The position numbers and the translations under genes are program-made. This document shows, one piece after another, positions 39,990-51,294 of a stretch of DNA of 64,000 nucleotides. The DNA comes from a virus, in IMG/VR virus record IMGVR_UViG_3300042862_000198, positions 32,001 to 96,000 of that record, one strand, 5' to 3'. How positions within the stretch are numbered: the stretch's first letter is position 1; every line of letters begins with the position of its first letter. The notes beneath the pieces were generated by a model. That model searched no databases, had not been told where the DNA came from, and saw nothing but the letters and a program-made list of their open reading frames with translations.

Positions 39990-41044
39990 TGGACTTTAAT
40001 TATACTTTAAGATACAGAACTTTTGATTCAGTCTTAGAAGATGTATCAATAGACTTTAATACTTTTGCTTTAGAAAATATGATAGAGCCTCAACAGCTTA
40101 TCAAGTTAGCTAAAAAATTAAACTATGATTTAGGTTTGAGAATAAATCAAACTAAAGAAGTTGTATTAGAGGTATGCCATGGTAAAGTAAAGTTACCAGA
40201 TGACTTTTATGTATTTAATTATGCATTACTTTGTGGTTCTTATACTGAAAGTGTAGGATACAATGGAATGGTTGGTGGAACTAACATACAAGAGGTTCCA
40301 TATGTTGAAACTCCAGCTAATGTTAATGTATGTGCACCTATCACAATTAATTGTTCTACATGTAATTCTAATCCATGTAATCATACTGCAGCTTGTCCTA
40401 CTAATACATGTGCTTCAGAATGCCCCACACCAACTATTCCTACGTCTTTTGATGCACTTAATCCTTCTGGAGATACTTGTATAAGGCCAAGAGTTTTTAT
40501 GAACTGTAAGGGAGAAAAATCTGAACTTATTCAAATAGTAAATACTGGGCAAACAAGAACCTATAGTACACTACTTCCATTAAGAATGAAAACTAGTCAA
40601 GAAATTTCTTGTGACTGTCCAAACTTATATGTAAATACTTTAGATGAAGGTTGGATAAAAGGTGGTTTTTTATTCACTACACTAGATACCTGTAAAGTTT
40701 ATTTAAATTATCAAGGAGCTATGGAAGATGATAATGGAAACTTATTAGTTCCAGATCATGATCTTATAAATGAATATTATGAGTATGCTTTTAAATCAAG
40801 AATTCTTGAGAACTTATTAATGAATGGTGAAGATGTTTCACAAAGAATGCAGTTAATAGAAGGTAGATTAAAAGCTGCTAGAAATCAAGCACTTAGTTTA
40901 GTTAATACTCCAAACTTTAGTGAACTTGAAGAAATCTGGTGGACAAATAGAAGAGCTATGCATAGTAAATATTATGATATGTTTACAAGTCATAGACCAA
41001 ATAATGAACATCCAAGAAGTTTTAGAAACACAAGAGTTATATAA
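39989..41044 (+). CDS. Tail tubular/ring protein
   Basis: KLPDDF, VYLNYQG..ED..G.LLVPD motifs; Cys-rich insertion. Confidence 0.6.
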   Translation: MDFNYTLRYRTFDSVLEDVSIDFNTFALENMIEPQQLIKLAKKLNYDLGLRINQTKEVVLEVCHGKVKLPDDFYVFNYALLCGSYTESVGYNGMVGGTNIQEVPYVETPANVNVCAPITINCSTCNSNPCNHTAACPTNTCASECPTPTIPTSFDALNPSGDTCIRPRVFMNCKGEKSELIQIVNTGQTRTYSTLLPLRMKTSQEISCDCPNLYVNTLDEGWIKGGFLFTTLDTCKVYLNYQGAMEDDNGNLLVPDHDLINEYYEYAFKSRILENLLMNGEDVSQRMQLIEGRLKAARNQALSLVNTPNFSELEEIWWTNRRAMHSKYYDMFTSHRPNNEHPRSFRNTRVI

Positions 41045-41046
41045 AA

Positions 41047-44000
41047 ATGGCAGAGTCAGAAAATTCAGGACAAAGTATAACACACACGTTTACTAAAGGA
41101 TTAAATAAAGATTCAGATCCTACATATGTAAATGAGGGTATGTGGACACATGCCCGTAATGCTGTTAATAATACTTCTGAAGGTGACTTAGGTACATTAT
41201 CAAATGAAACATCAAATTATTTATGTGCAATAACAGGTGCAACTATGCAGGCTGCTGTTACAGATATATATATAATTGGTTGCATTCAAATATTTTCAGA
41301 TAAATGGATAATTTTTACAGCTGGTCATGATAATCAGGGTAGACCAATTATGTCTGAGATAGGTTTATTACAAGAAGAAAGATGTATTTATCAACCTATT
41401 GTACAAGATGCTTGTTTAGCCTTTGATAAAAGATTTTTAATATCTGGTGTATCAAGAGAAAAAGAAGATTGTACATGGCAAGTATATTGGGCTGATGGAT
41501 TAAATCCAGATAGATATTTAAATATTGGAGATCCTCAAACTTGGATACCAACATCATATACATATTTTGGTAATTCTTCAGGTCCATTACTTGTAAACTA
41601 TTATAGTAATGGTGTAAATCCACCTGAATTATGGCCAGGAGTTGAATGGGATAAATTATGTAGTGATAATGCAGGATGTAATCAAACATCTCCGGGAGTA
41701 TGGCCATTTGGTTGTCCTCCAGTAAATGCTTGTATTACTTGCACACCAGTTAATAGTTTAAACTGTGATAAAATAAGATTAGCAAGATTTATGACTACAC
41801 CTTGTCTTAATGTAACTTTAGGAAGTTCTGGAGGTACATTAAGAAATGGAACATACTATGCATGTATAGCTTATAGTATAAAAGGTCAAAAAGTAACTGA
41901 TTATTTTTCTGCTAGTAATACTCAACCAGTATGGTCACCTGATGATTTAGAAGGAGCCATAAGAATTTCAATAAATGCAGATTCAGAAAATTTTGATGAA
42001 TTTATTTTAGTAGTTGTACAAATTATTAATCAAGGAGCTGTTGCTAAACAAATTGGTTTTTATTCTACTAATACTACAGTAGTTGAGTTAGATCAAATTA
42101 AAGAAGATTTGATTACTGTACCAATTGGTTTTTTACCAATACAAACTCCTATATTTGAAAAATCAGATCAGATATCAGAAGTAAATAATTATTTATTAAG
42201 AGTTGGTCCAACATCAAAACTTGATTTTAATTATCAACCACTAGCAAATTTAATTACTTCTAAGTGGGCTTCAGTTGAATATCCAGGAAATTATTATGTT
42301 AAAGGTGGTGGAAAAGGATCTTATTTAAGAGATGAAGTATATGCTTTTTTTATTAGATGGATTTATGATACTGGTGATAAATCATCTTCATATCATATTC
42401 CTGGAAGAATTCCTAGTACTTATAATAATATTATTGAAACAGCAGTTTTATCTAATGCTAATCCAGCAAATATAAATAGTTTAACACCTGATGATGAGTT
42501 ATATGAAGTTTTTAATACAGCATCACAAACAGCAACTCCAGGTACTGTTTTAGATGATGGAGGTAGAGTAATTGCTGTTGGAAATATGGCTTATTGGGAA
42601 TCTAATGAAAAATATCCTGATAAAAAACCTGATATATGGAATTCAACTTCACAGTGTTGGACTCCTCTTACAATTGATCCTTTAACAGGTTTACCAACTA
42701 CGGCATTTGATTTATGTGGAAAAAACATAAGACATCATAAATTTCCAGATAATGCTTTAAATATTAATACTTATCATTTTTTAGCAAATCCTGCAACAGC
42801 TACTCAAAATAATGATAATCAAATTAGACTCATGGGAGTTTATTTTGAAAACATTACTTATCCAAAAGATAATGAAGGAAATGATATTCCAGGAATAGTT
42901 GGTTATGAAATACTAAGAGGTTCAAGAGAAGGTAACAAATCTATTATTGCAAAAGGTATGTTAAATAATCTTAGAACATTTGCAATAAAAGGATCTAATG
43001 CTGCAACAGCAACAACTGGTTTATATCCTAATTATCCATTTAATACTATTACACCACCAAGTGCTTCTATTGGAGGAAATGTTGGTGCTCAAAATGATCC
43101 ATATATTAGAATACCTCAAACTCCTGGTGCTCAAAAACCAAGTAGTGGTATTATAAATCAATCTGTACCAAGTGATATGATGACTTTTCATTCACCTGAT
43201 ACAATGTTTAGAACACCTTTTTTATCAGTTACTGAATTAAAACTATATGGTCAATTAAGAGGAACTTCTCAACATCAATTTCTTACTCCAAGTGATCATC
43301 CACAATTTAAATTATTAAGTGATACATCAACAATAGTTATGATTGTAGGTGGTATTATTGAAGCTATACTATCAAATATTGGAAGAACAGAACAAACAAT
43401 TGATTCTCCATTTTTAGGTGAAACTATAACAGGAGGTACTACTGTGCCATCTGTTGGTAATGCTGCTTATGCCCCTCTTGAAGCGGCATATGAACTTAGA
43501 TTAGGTGATCCAACAACAGCAAATCCATTATCATTGTTGGGATATTTTAATGCAGCTGGTGGAGTAGCTGATTTTACAACTTTAGGATTAACTAGTATAA
43601 CTTCAAGAACAAATATTTTTAATACAGCTACGGCTGCTATTCCAGGTGTTATATCACAAAAAAGAAGTTATAAAAATGATTTAGGAGATAGACAAGTACT
43701 TGGTAGAGTTGGTAGTGTTGCATTTAATGCTATTGGAAAATTTACTTATTATTTTGCTAAAGGAGCAGATACATCTAAAAAATTAATATTGTTATTTGTA
43801 AAATATAAACAATATGCATTACAAAGTGTTGCTCATGGTTTTTATGGAAATTTTGTTCCTGAACCTGCTGCAAATATTTTTAGATATAGTATAGAAGATG
43901 CTTTTTATATTAGAGATACTATACAGGAAGTTCCAAGATATCAAAGTACTATTACTGGTCTTTCTCAATCATATAGTATTAATAATTTAAAAAGATCTGA

Positions 44001-46590
44001 TACAGTTGTTTTAAGAACTCAAAATGGTAATGCTCAAACTGATGGCCCATTACCTATTAATGCTGATAATTCATTAGTTACATTAGGTACATTAATACAA
44101 ACATCTTCTGCTGCGGATAGACCAACTTTGCCAAGTTTTACTAGTTTAGAAATTCCTTTTAATAGACAAATTGCTAGTCATTATGCAGGTATTAAAGTTA
44201 GACTTAGAAATCAATATGGACAGTTAGATGGTATTAAACAAATACCTATTACACCGTGTGAACAAAAAATGAATTTTAATGTTACTACAGCTCCTTTCCC
44301 AGAAAATAATTTTGTTACTATAAATTCTGGAAGAGACTGTCCTACAATATTTAATCCTACAACAGGAAATAGTAATTTAATTTGGTTAAGATTAGCTCAA
44401 ACTCCTATATTTTTTGGAGGTGATACTTTTATAAATAGATATACTGAAAGAAATACATTTTTTTATTTTTATGATTGGTTGTTTAATGAACCTGATGGGT
44501 ATGAATTTAATTATACATTGTATAATATGATTCCTACTGCAAGATTTTTTATAAATAGCATTGAATATGATCCATCTGTATTAGCACCTAATCAAGCAGT
44601 AGTTTTAGCTTTAATTAATCCAGGTAGTATAACTCCTTCTGGTACTGGTCCATGGCCAAGGGATTATTATCAACTTGATTGGTGGACAGATGATAATTCT
44701 AATGATCGTTATAATTATATTAATGATGATGAAGGTAATTATGGTTCTACTTGGGACTTAAGTGTGCCAAATGCTAATTTTTATTTAGCAAATTCTAGTG
44801 TTAGAGACTTTTTTGTTGAATCAGATGTATTAGTAGATTTTAGACAACAAGGATTAACAGAAGGTGAAAAACATTATGATCCATATAGATATACTGATTT
44901 AGAACGTATGTTTAATATTAATCCTGAAACTATAACAAAAGGAAATAGATATAGATATGATTATTCTTTAAGTATATCTAAAGCCTTTACTCAATATTTT
45001 TCTCAAGGTACTTTACAAAGCAGGTATTATAATCCTCAAGTTTCACAACTTTGTTATACTTATTATCCTGATAGAATATATTATTCTTTACAACAGCAAG
45101 ATGAATCATTTAAAGATAGTTGGTTTATATATTTAGCAAATAATTACAAAGAATTTAAATCACAAGTAAGTGGTGTAAAAAGTGTAAATAAAAGTGGTAT
45201 ACTAATTACATTTAAAAATGATGGTCCTTTAATGTTCCAAGGTACTGATCAGTTACAAACTGATTTAGGAACTAAACTTACTATTGGAGATGGAGGATTA
45301 TTTTCACAACCCGGACAAGCTATAACAAATGCTGATAAATCATATGAATATGGTTCATCACAAAATAGATTATCAGTTATTGCATCTCCTGTAGGAATAT
45401 ATTATATATCTCAAAATCAAGGTAAGATTTTTACTTATGGTCAAGGATTAGAAGAAATATCTTCTATAGGATTAAAGTGGTGGTTTAATTTATTTTTACC
45501 ATATAAACTTACTGATGACTTTCCTGATTATCCATATAAAGATAATCCAGTAGCTGGTATAGGTTGTCAAACTATGTATGATAGTGATAACACAATGTTA
45601 TATTTTAGTAAAAAAGATTATAGGTTAAGAAAAACTACTGATCCAATTCCAAGAGTTCCCGGAACTGTTGCTTATGTACCTTTAATAACATATGGTAAAG
45701 ATACTGGTAAAGGAGATTACTTTACATTAAATGGACAAGGAAGATATTTATTAGGAGATCCTTTCTTATTTGAAGATGCCTCTTGGACAATAAGTTATGA
45801 CCCAAAAATAAAAGCATGGATTTCTTTTCATGACTGGCATCCTAGCTTATCTTTAGGTACCAAAAATACTTTTTTAACAACCGGAGACATAGGAAAACAA
45901 AATTCATTATGGAAACATAATTTTGTATGTAATAACTTTTGTAATTTTTATGATACACCATATCCTTTTGAAGTTGAGTTCCCTCACATTACTGGACAAA
46001 CAGTAACTACTATAAGATCATTTGAATATATGTTAGAGTGTTATAAAAGATCAAGTATTAACTGTGTTGACCAGTTTAAAATTTTAGATTATAATTTTGA
46101 TAAGGTTGTTATATTTAATAATGAACAAGTATCTGGATATTTAAATTTAAATATATTTCCAAAAAACAATGTAACTTTAAGTTTAACATATCCTAAATTA
46201 AATACAACAAACTTTGCTTCTTATGATATACTATTTTCTAAAGAAGAAAGTAAATATAAATTCAATCAATTTTGGGATATAACTGCAGACCGTGGTGAAT
46301 TTCCAGTAGGTTCAGGTTATCCACCATTAGGGCCAGTAATTCCTGGTACAACTGTATTGTCTGGAAATTATACTGAAAGAAATATATGGATAACAGATGC
46401 AAGTGGTTATAAAAAAATATTAAACCCATCTAATTTAAATTATGCTAAACCACCATTAGAAAGAAAAAAGTTTAGAAGTTATTTAAATTTTTTAAATTTA
46501 ACAAGAAATGCAGCACCTGTTGGAGTTGTAAATGATGTTAATATGATAATTAAAGTGTTTGATGCTAAAATTCAATATTCTCCAAGATAA
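41047..46590 (+). CDS. Tail muzzle/stabilisation protein
   Basis: 1847 aa; F.KGLNKD, YLRDEVY.F.I, IRHHKFP, FGGDTFI, WTISY......WISFHDW.P motifs. Confidence 0.7.
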   Translation: MAESENSGQSITHTFTKGLNKDSDPTYVNEGMWTHARNAVNNTSEGDLGTLSNETSNYLCAITGATMQAAVTDIYIIGCIQIFSDKWIIFTAGHDNQGRPIMSEIGLLQEERCIYQPIVQDACLAFDKRFLISGVSREKEDCTWQVYWADGLNPDRYLNIGDPQTWIPTSYTYFGNSSGPLLVNYYSNGVNPPELWPGVEWDKLCSDNAGCNQTSPGVWPFGCPPVNACITCTPVNSLNCDKIRLARFMTTPCLNVTLGSSGGTLRNGTYYACIAYSIKGQKVTDYFSASNTQPVWSPDDLEGAIRISINADSENFDEFILVVVQIINQGAVAKQIGFYSTNTTVVELDQIKEDLITVPIGFLPIQTPIFEKSDQISEVNNYLLRVGPTSKLDFNYQPLANLITSKWASVEYPGNYYVKGGGKGSYLRDEVYAFFIRWIYDTGDKSSSYHIPGRIPSTYNNIIETAVLSNANPANINSLTPDDELYEVFNTASQTATPGTVLDDGGRVIAVGNMAYWESNEKYPDKKPDIWNSTSQCWTPLTIDPLTGLPTTAFDLCGKNIRHHKFPDNALNINTYHFLANPATATQNNDNQIRLMGVYFENITYPKDNEGNDIPGIVGYEILRGSREGNKSIIAKGMLNNLRTFAIKGSNAATATTGLYPNYPFNTITPPSASIGGNVGAQNDPYIRIPQTPGAQKPSSGIINQSVPSDMMTFHSPDTMFRTPFLSVTELKLYGQLRGTSQHQFLTPSDHPQFKLLSDTSTIVMIVGGIIEAILSNIGRTEQTIDSPFLGETITGGTTVPSVGNAAYAPLEAAYELRLGDPTTANPLSLLGYFNAAGGVADFTTLGLTSITSRTNIFNTATAAIPGVISQKRSYKNDLGDRQVLGRVGSVAFNAIGKFTYYFAKGADTSKKLILLFVKYKQYALQSVAHGFYGNFVPEPAANIFRYSIEDAFYIRDTIQEVPRYQSTITGLSQSYSINNLKRSDTVVLRTQNGNAQTDGPLPINADNSLVTLGTLIQTSSAADRPTLPSFTSLEIPFNRQIASHYAGIKVRLRNQYGQLDGIKQIPITPCEQKMNFNVTTAPFPENNFVTINSGRDCPTIFNPTTGNSNLIWLRLAQTPIFFGGDTFINRYTERNTFFYFYDWLFNEPDGYEFNYTLYNMIPTARFFINSIEYDPSVLAPNQAVVLALINPGSITPSGTGPWPRDYYQLDWWTDDNSNDRYNYINDDEGNYGSTWDLSVPNANFYLANSSVRDFFVESDVLVDFRQQGLTEGEKHYDPYRYTDLERMFNINPETITKGNRYRYDYSLSISKAFTQYFSQGTLQSRYYNPQVSQLCYTYYPDRIYYSLQQQDESFKDSWFIYLANNYKEFKSQVSGVKSVNKSGILITFKNDGPLMFQGTDQLQTDLGTKLTIGDGGLFSQPGQAITNADKSYEYGSSQNRLSVIASPVGIYYISQNQGKIFTYGQGLEEISSIGLKWWFNLFLPYKLTDDFPDYPYKDNPVAGIGCQTMYDSDNTMLYFSKKDYRLRKTTDPIPRVPGTVAYVPLITYGKDTGKGDYFTLNGQGRYLLGDPFLFEDASWTISYDPKIKAWISFHDWHPSLSLGTKNTFLTTGDIGKQNSLWKHNFVCNNFCNFYDTPYPFEVEFPHITGQTVTTIRSFEYMLECYKRSSINCVDQFKILDYNFDKVVIFNNEQVSGYLNLNIFPKNNVTLSLTYPKLNTTNFASYDILFSKEESKYKFNQFWDITADRGEFPVGSGYPPLGPVIPGTTVLSGNYTERNIWITDASGYKKILNPSNLNYAKPPLERKKFRSYLNFLNLTRNAAPVGVVNDVNMIIKVFDAKIQYSPR

Positions 46591-47867
46591 TGTTAAATAA
46601 AAAAGTTTTATCTAAAATAGATTTAGGAAGTTATAAAAAACCTAATCCTTATAGTAAGGATATAATCTATGATCCAAAAGGTCAATGGAAATATCCTGGA
46701 CAAAACACTAGAATACCTGGTGGAGATATTACTATGCAAGGAGTACCATATCCTGTATGGGCTCAACCTAATGTAGGTCAACCACAAATGATGTATCCTG
46801 ATCAAAACTATCAGTTTCCAGGAGCAGATTATGTAGATGAGTTTCCTCAGATGAGAAAAGGAGGTAGAATAAAAGGTCTTGTATCAATGCCAAAACCAGG
46901 TAAAAAAGGTTTAATGTCTAAAAAGTATTCTAGAAGTTTAGATGCAACTAATAAACTGTTTACACAAAACTATTTATTTGCAAAACCTAAATCTAGAAAG
47001 AATAAAGTATTTGATCCTAATGCAAACTATGCAAAAGGTGGTGCTTTACTTACTAAAGAAGTAACATGTAAAAAGTGTGGTTGGGAATGGGATGCTGCAG
47101 ATGGTGGTAAAAATATTACTACATGTCATAAATGTGGTGGTCAAGGATTAGTTCATGCTCAGAAAGGTGGTTCTCAAATTTATAAATATGCAGATAGACC
47201 AGAAGCTACTTATAAAAAAGATGCTAAAGGAAATTGGTTAATAAACTTACCCTCTACTAAAGGAGAGTATGTTCCTATTAAAGACCCAACAGGTAAACGT
47301 GCAGGTGAACTAAATGAAAAAGCTAAACCTATAACATTTAAGATGCCTGTTATTGTTAGTGCAGAAGAAAAATATCATGATGGTCCTTTAATGGGAATAG
47401 GAAAAAACATTAATGGTGGTGATGGTATGATGGAAAACATCTTTGAAGTAGTTGATCCATCAGGAATAACATCATGGGATGATATTGCTAGAAGTTATGA
47501 AAAAGAAGGTATGTCACCTAATACGTGGTTAGAAATAGCTGGTGCTATTCCTTTGCTTGGTAAAGCTGCCAAGGCTTCTGCCGCAGGTATACATATTGCA
47601 AAATACAAAGGTTTAGATAAACTGTTGTATAATATGTTACCTAAAAGTAATACTGTGTCACGTACATTAAAAGGAGCAGGTTATGCTGGTCGTGGATATG
47701 ATGGATACCAAGTTTATGATGAGGCTAACAGACCTTATACTTTAAATAATATGGGACCAAAATATGAAGAAGGTGGAGCAAGTAATGATTATGTAGATGC
47801 AGAATTAACACCAGAAGAAATAAAAGATTTAATAGCACAAGGTTATGTGATAGAAGAACTCAATTAA
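46590..47867 (+). CDS. Modular putative cargo protein (GG-delimited modules, Zn ribbon)
   Basis: GQW.YPG..T.IP...ITM.GV module, CKKC...CHKC; MRKGG, YAKGG, AQKGG, YEEGG. Confidence 0.6.
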   Translation: MLNKKVLSKIDLGSYKKPNPYSKDIIYDPKGQWKYPGQNTRIPGGDITMQGVPYPVWAQPNVGQPQMMYPDQNYQFPGADYVDEFPQMRKGGRIKGLVSMPKPGKKGLMSKKYSRSLDATNKLFTQNYLFAKPKSRKNKVFDPNANYAKGGALLTKEVTCKKCGWEWDAADGGKNITTCHKCGGQGLVHAQKGGSQIYKYADRPEATYKKDAKGNWLINLPSTKGEYVPIKDPTGKRAGELNEKAKPITFKMPVIVSAEEKYHDGPLMGIGKNINGGDGMMENIFEVVDPSGITSWDDIARSYEKEGMSPNTWLEIAGAIPLLGKAAKASAAGIHIAKYKGLDKLLYNMLPKSNTVSRTLKGAGYAGRGYDGYQVYDEANRPYTLNNMGPKYEEGGASNDYVDAELTPEEIKDLIAQGYVIEELN

Positions 47868-47924
47868 ACTTTATAAGTTTACTGAATAAATTAAAATTTA
47901 TTATATTTAATTATAACTAGTTAT

Positions 47925-50900
47925 ATGAAAAAAAGAGTAAGAATTTATAAATCATCAGATGGTGAAGGTAAATTTATAAATAAAACTGCACAATTTTTAC
48001 AAAGAGCCCAAGAAGGGGGAGTTCCTGATTCTAATATGATGGGATATCCAGGTGCTCAACAACAATCTCAAGAACTTACTGATGATCAGTTAGCATCTGT
48101 TGTATTACAAGATATATCAAATTCTGCACCTAGAGAAGCAATTGTTGTAAAGTTAGTTAATGTATTTGGTAAAGAACCAACGCAAGCTATGCAATTTGTA
48201 GATCAAATGTATAACTATGTTAAAGAACAACAACAATCAGAAATAGATAGTGAAGATAATGAAGATGAAGAATCAGAAGATATAGTATCTGGAAATGATG
48301 TAATAGAAATTGCAGAACCTGAAGAAGAAGAAGAATCTCAATCAGGTACAGACATGTCAAATGAAATGATTCTAGAAGATGATGGATCAGATTATGATGA
48401 CAATGCAGCAGCATCAGATTTAATTATGCAATATGGTGGTTACTATAAAGCTCAAGATGGTGTAGAAGTTCCTATTGAAATGCCTGATCTAAGTGCTTAT
48501 TTACCACAAAATATTTCTGATTACTATGATAATTTAGATTATATATCACAAAGGGCATACCCAGAACTTGAAGAGGATACTGAAGAATATCAAGATTTTG
48601 TAGCACCTGACGTGCCTGAAGATGTTGATTTTGATGTTGCAAGATATGGTGGAAGTAAAAAAAGTAAAAAACAGTTTGTAAATTCTGTTCTTAATCTTGT
48701 TAAAAAACAAATGGGTGGTCCTAATGAAGATAGTGAAACTTCAAGTAATGATGCAGACCCAACTGGTTCTAATGTAAGAAAACAAAATCTTGATAAATTT
48801 ATTAATTCTGTAAAAAATGAATCTGCAATAGCAACAGCTCAAAAACAAGCTGAAGAACATTATGATCAAATGATACAACAACAGCAAATGCCACAACTGA
48901 ATGAAGAAATGCAAAGAGGTGGTAGAGTAGTTCGTGGTAATAAATTGAGATATAAAGCAAATCAGTTAAGAGATTTTTTAACAGGTAGAAATAGAAGAGA
49001 AGAAAATGATTATAGTAATGTTGATAATAATTCTTCAACAGGCTATGAAAGTGGAGATTACAATCAAGATGGTTATACAGATGCAACTGATTATGCTGTT
49101 AGAGGACAATTTGATGAACAAAGACCTAGTTATAGAGTAGATGTTAGGAAATCAAATTGGTTAACAGGTAGACCTAGTAAATACACAATTGATTATTATG
49201 GACAAAGTCCAATGCCAGGAATGGGTTCAAAAAACCAAGGTACTGGAATGTATACTCTTGATGGCAAAATATATAGGTGGCCTGCAACTAGGAAAAAAGT
49301 TGAAGTAGCTGCAGCTTCTGTAAACAAAGATGCAATTAAAGAAGTAGCAACTGCTACTCCAGATTCAAAAGCTACAACTAAAGCTTCTGAAACTGCTGTA
49401 ACATCTACTACAAGTACATCAACTCAAGGAACTGTTGCAAAAGATGTTAAAGCTGGTGATATAAAAGAAACAGTAACAACAACTAAAAATGGTAAAACTA
49501 CTGTTGTTCCAACTAATTATGGAACTATTGATCCTAGTAAAATGTTAAGATTAGATACAGTAGGTAATAATTTTGTAACTAAGTATCTTGATTCTGAATC
49601 TAAGACTCCTATAATTAAACAAAGAGATAATTGGGGTAGACCAGTAGGTGATAAGTTCTATGGATATAATCCTAAAACAAAAAAATATGAACAAGGAAAA
49701 CTAAAAAATAAATATGGAGGTTCTATGCCTTATGAAATAGGGGGATCAGTTAATGATCCTTTTATGGATCCTTATGGAAACTTACAGCAATTTATAGATG
49801 GTGGAGATGAAGACTTTACTCAAGCTGACATAGATGATGTGTATTCTAAAAATACTGCTAATGCAGATTTTCCAGAATCTGAATATCAAAGAGGTGGTGG
49901 AGTTAGAAGGTTTATTGAAAATAATTTTCCAGGAAATATAATAGGTCCTAGAAGAACTTATAGAAATGAAATCCAAAGAGTTTATGATCCAAGAACAGGT
50001 AAGACAGTTGCTATGCCTATTAATATGGGTAACTTATCTTCAGTAAATGTAGATAAATCTAGATTTTCAGGTGCTCCAAAAAAATATACTATGTATTTTA
50101 ATGGTCAATCTGGTCAACCTAGTACTACATCAAAAGGTAATACTACTTCTCAAAGTGGTCGTGATAGATATTGTTTAGATTTTCCTAATTCACCAAATTG
50201 TCAAGGTGGAAAAAAACCAGTTAAAGATAATTATACTGAAGATACTAGAGAAAATAATAAAAATCAAAGATCTGGAAGACAAGGTTATGGTTTTATGAAT
50301 GATTTAAAACTTAGAATGCAAGGTTTAGATGAATATGGAAATCCTAAAGGTAGTAAGCAAAGTGATAAAGTACCATTGTCTAATGAAGAAATGCTTATAA
50401 AACAAGGTAAAATTTGGGATGAAAAAAGTAAACGTTGGATTGTAAAACCAGAACCACTTTCTGCACCTATGCAGTATATGAAAGATTCATTAACTTTACC
50501 CAATAATCCTCAACCTTTTTCATCTGATCAATTAATTAATACATCAGGACCAAGAAATACAGAAATGCAATATGGAGGAGGCTTAGAAATGTTTATTCCT
50601 AGAGCACAAGATGGTTTTCAAACTCCTTTAAGTCCAGGAGAATGTCCAATGGGTTCTACTAAAAATGCAGCTGGAGATTGTGTAGATTTTATGGGTAAAG
50701 TTGTTAAAAAAAGATCTACAGGATCTGACTTTGGAAATAATACTCAAGATATGAAACAACCAGGAGTAATGGATGAAGATTATAAAAATCCATTAACAGG
50801 TGAAAAGCCTGGTGTTATTAAAGGTGCTGATGGAAATCTTAAAATGAATCAAGAAGATCCAACATTTTATGGAGATCAGTATGCTGTTGATGTAGAAAAT

Positions 50901-51284
50901 AAAAGAAATAAAGGAAAACTTACCTTTGGTAAAAATAATACTGGAGTTAGTGAAGCAAGATTAAGTTTATTTAATACAGGAGTTGATATGATAGATAGTG
51001 CTAGTAGAAATAGAGACTATCAAAAAGCAGAAGCTGAAATGCAAGAAGATTTAAATTCTAATAATCTTTATGCTTCTAAATCAACTCTTGACAAAGGAGA
51101 TTATGAAACTAATTCAGGTTTATTTAGACCTGATGAACAAGGAGCAATGCGTGAAAGTAGATCTAAACAATATGGTGGAGATGTATATCAAGATGGAGGT
51201 TATGTAGAAGGTGATGAAGTTTTCATGACTGATGAAGAAATACAAGAATTTCTTGCTAATGGTGGTGATTTAGAATTTATATAA
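47925..51284 (+). CDS. Low-complexity putative cargo protein with many GG motifs
   Basis: 1119 aa, acidic and probably disordered, about a dozen xxxGG motifs. Confidence 0.6.
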   Translation: MKKRVRIYKSSDGEGKFINKTAQFLQRAQEGGVPDSNMMGYPGAQQQSQELTDDQLASVVLQDISNSAPREAIVVKLVNVFGKEPTQAMQFVDQMYNYVKEQQQSEIDSEDNEDEESEDIVSGNDVIEIAEPEEEEESQSGTDMSNEMILEDDGSDYDDNAAASDLIMQYGGYYKAQDGVEVPIEMPDLSAYLPQNISDYYDNLDYISQRAYPELEEDTEEYQDFVAPDVPEDVDFDVARYGGSKKSKKQFVNSVLNLVKKQMGGPNEDSETSSNDADPTGSNVRKQNLDKFINSVKNESAIATAQKQAEEHYDQMIQQQQMPQLNEEMQRGGRVVRGNKLRYKANQLRDFLTGRNRREENDYSNVDNNSSTGYESGDYNQDGYTDATDYAVRGQFDEQRPSYRVDVRKSNWLTGRPSKYTIDYYGQSPMPGMGSKNQGTGMYTLDGKIYRWPATRKKVEVAAASVNKDAIKEVATATPDSKATTKASETAVTSTTSTSTQGTVAKDVKAGDIKETVTTTKNGKTTVVPTNYGTIDPSKMLRLDTVGNNFVTKYLDSESKTPIIKQRDNWGRPVGDKFYGYNPKTKKYEQGKLKNKYGGSMPYEIGGSVNDPFMDPYGNLQQFIDGGDEDFTQADIDDVYSKNTANADFPESEYQRGGGVRRFIENNFPGNIIGPRRTYRNEIQRVYDPRTGKTVAMPINMGNLSSVNVDKSRFSGAPKKYTMYFNGQSGQPSTTSKGNTTSQSGRDRYCLDFPNSPNCQGGKKPVKDNYTEDTRENNKNQRSGRQGYGFMNDLKLRMQGLDEYGNPKGSKQSDKVPLSNEEMLIKQGKIWDEKSKRWIVKPEPLSAPMQYMKDSLTLPNNPQPFSSDQLINTSGPRNTEMQYGGGLEMFIPRAQDGFQTPLSPGECPMGSTKNAAGDCVDFMGKVVKKRSTGSDFGNNTQDMKQPGVMDEDYKNPLTGEKPGVIKGADGNLKMNQEDPTFYGDQYAVDVENKRNKGKLTFGKNNTGVSEARLSLFNTGVDMIDSASRNRDYQKAEAEMQEDLNSNNLYASKSTLDKGDYETNSGLFRPDEQGAMRESRSKQYGGDVYQDGGYVEGDEVFMTDEEIQEFLANGGDLEFI

Positions 51285-51294
51285 ACTATATAAG

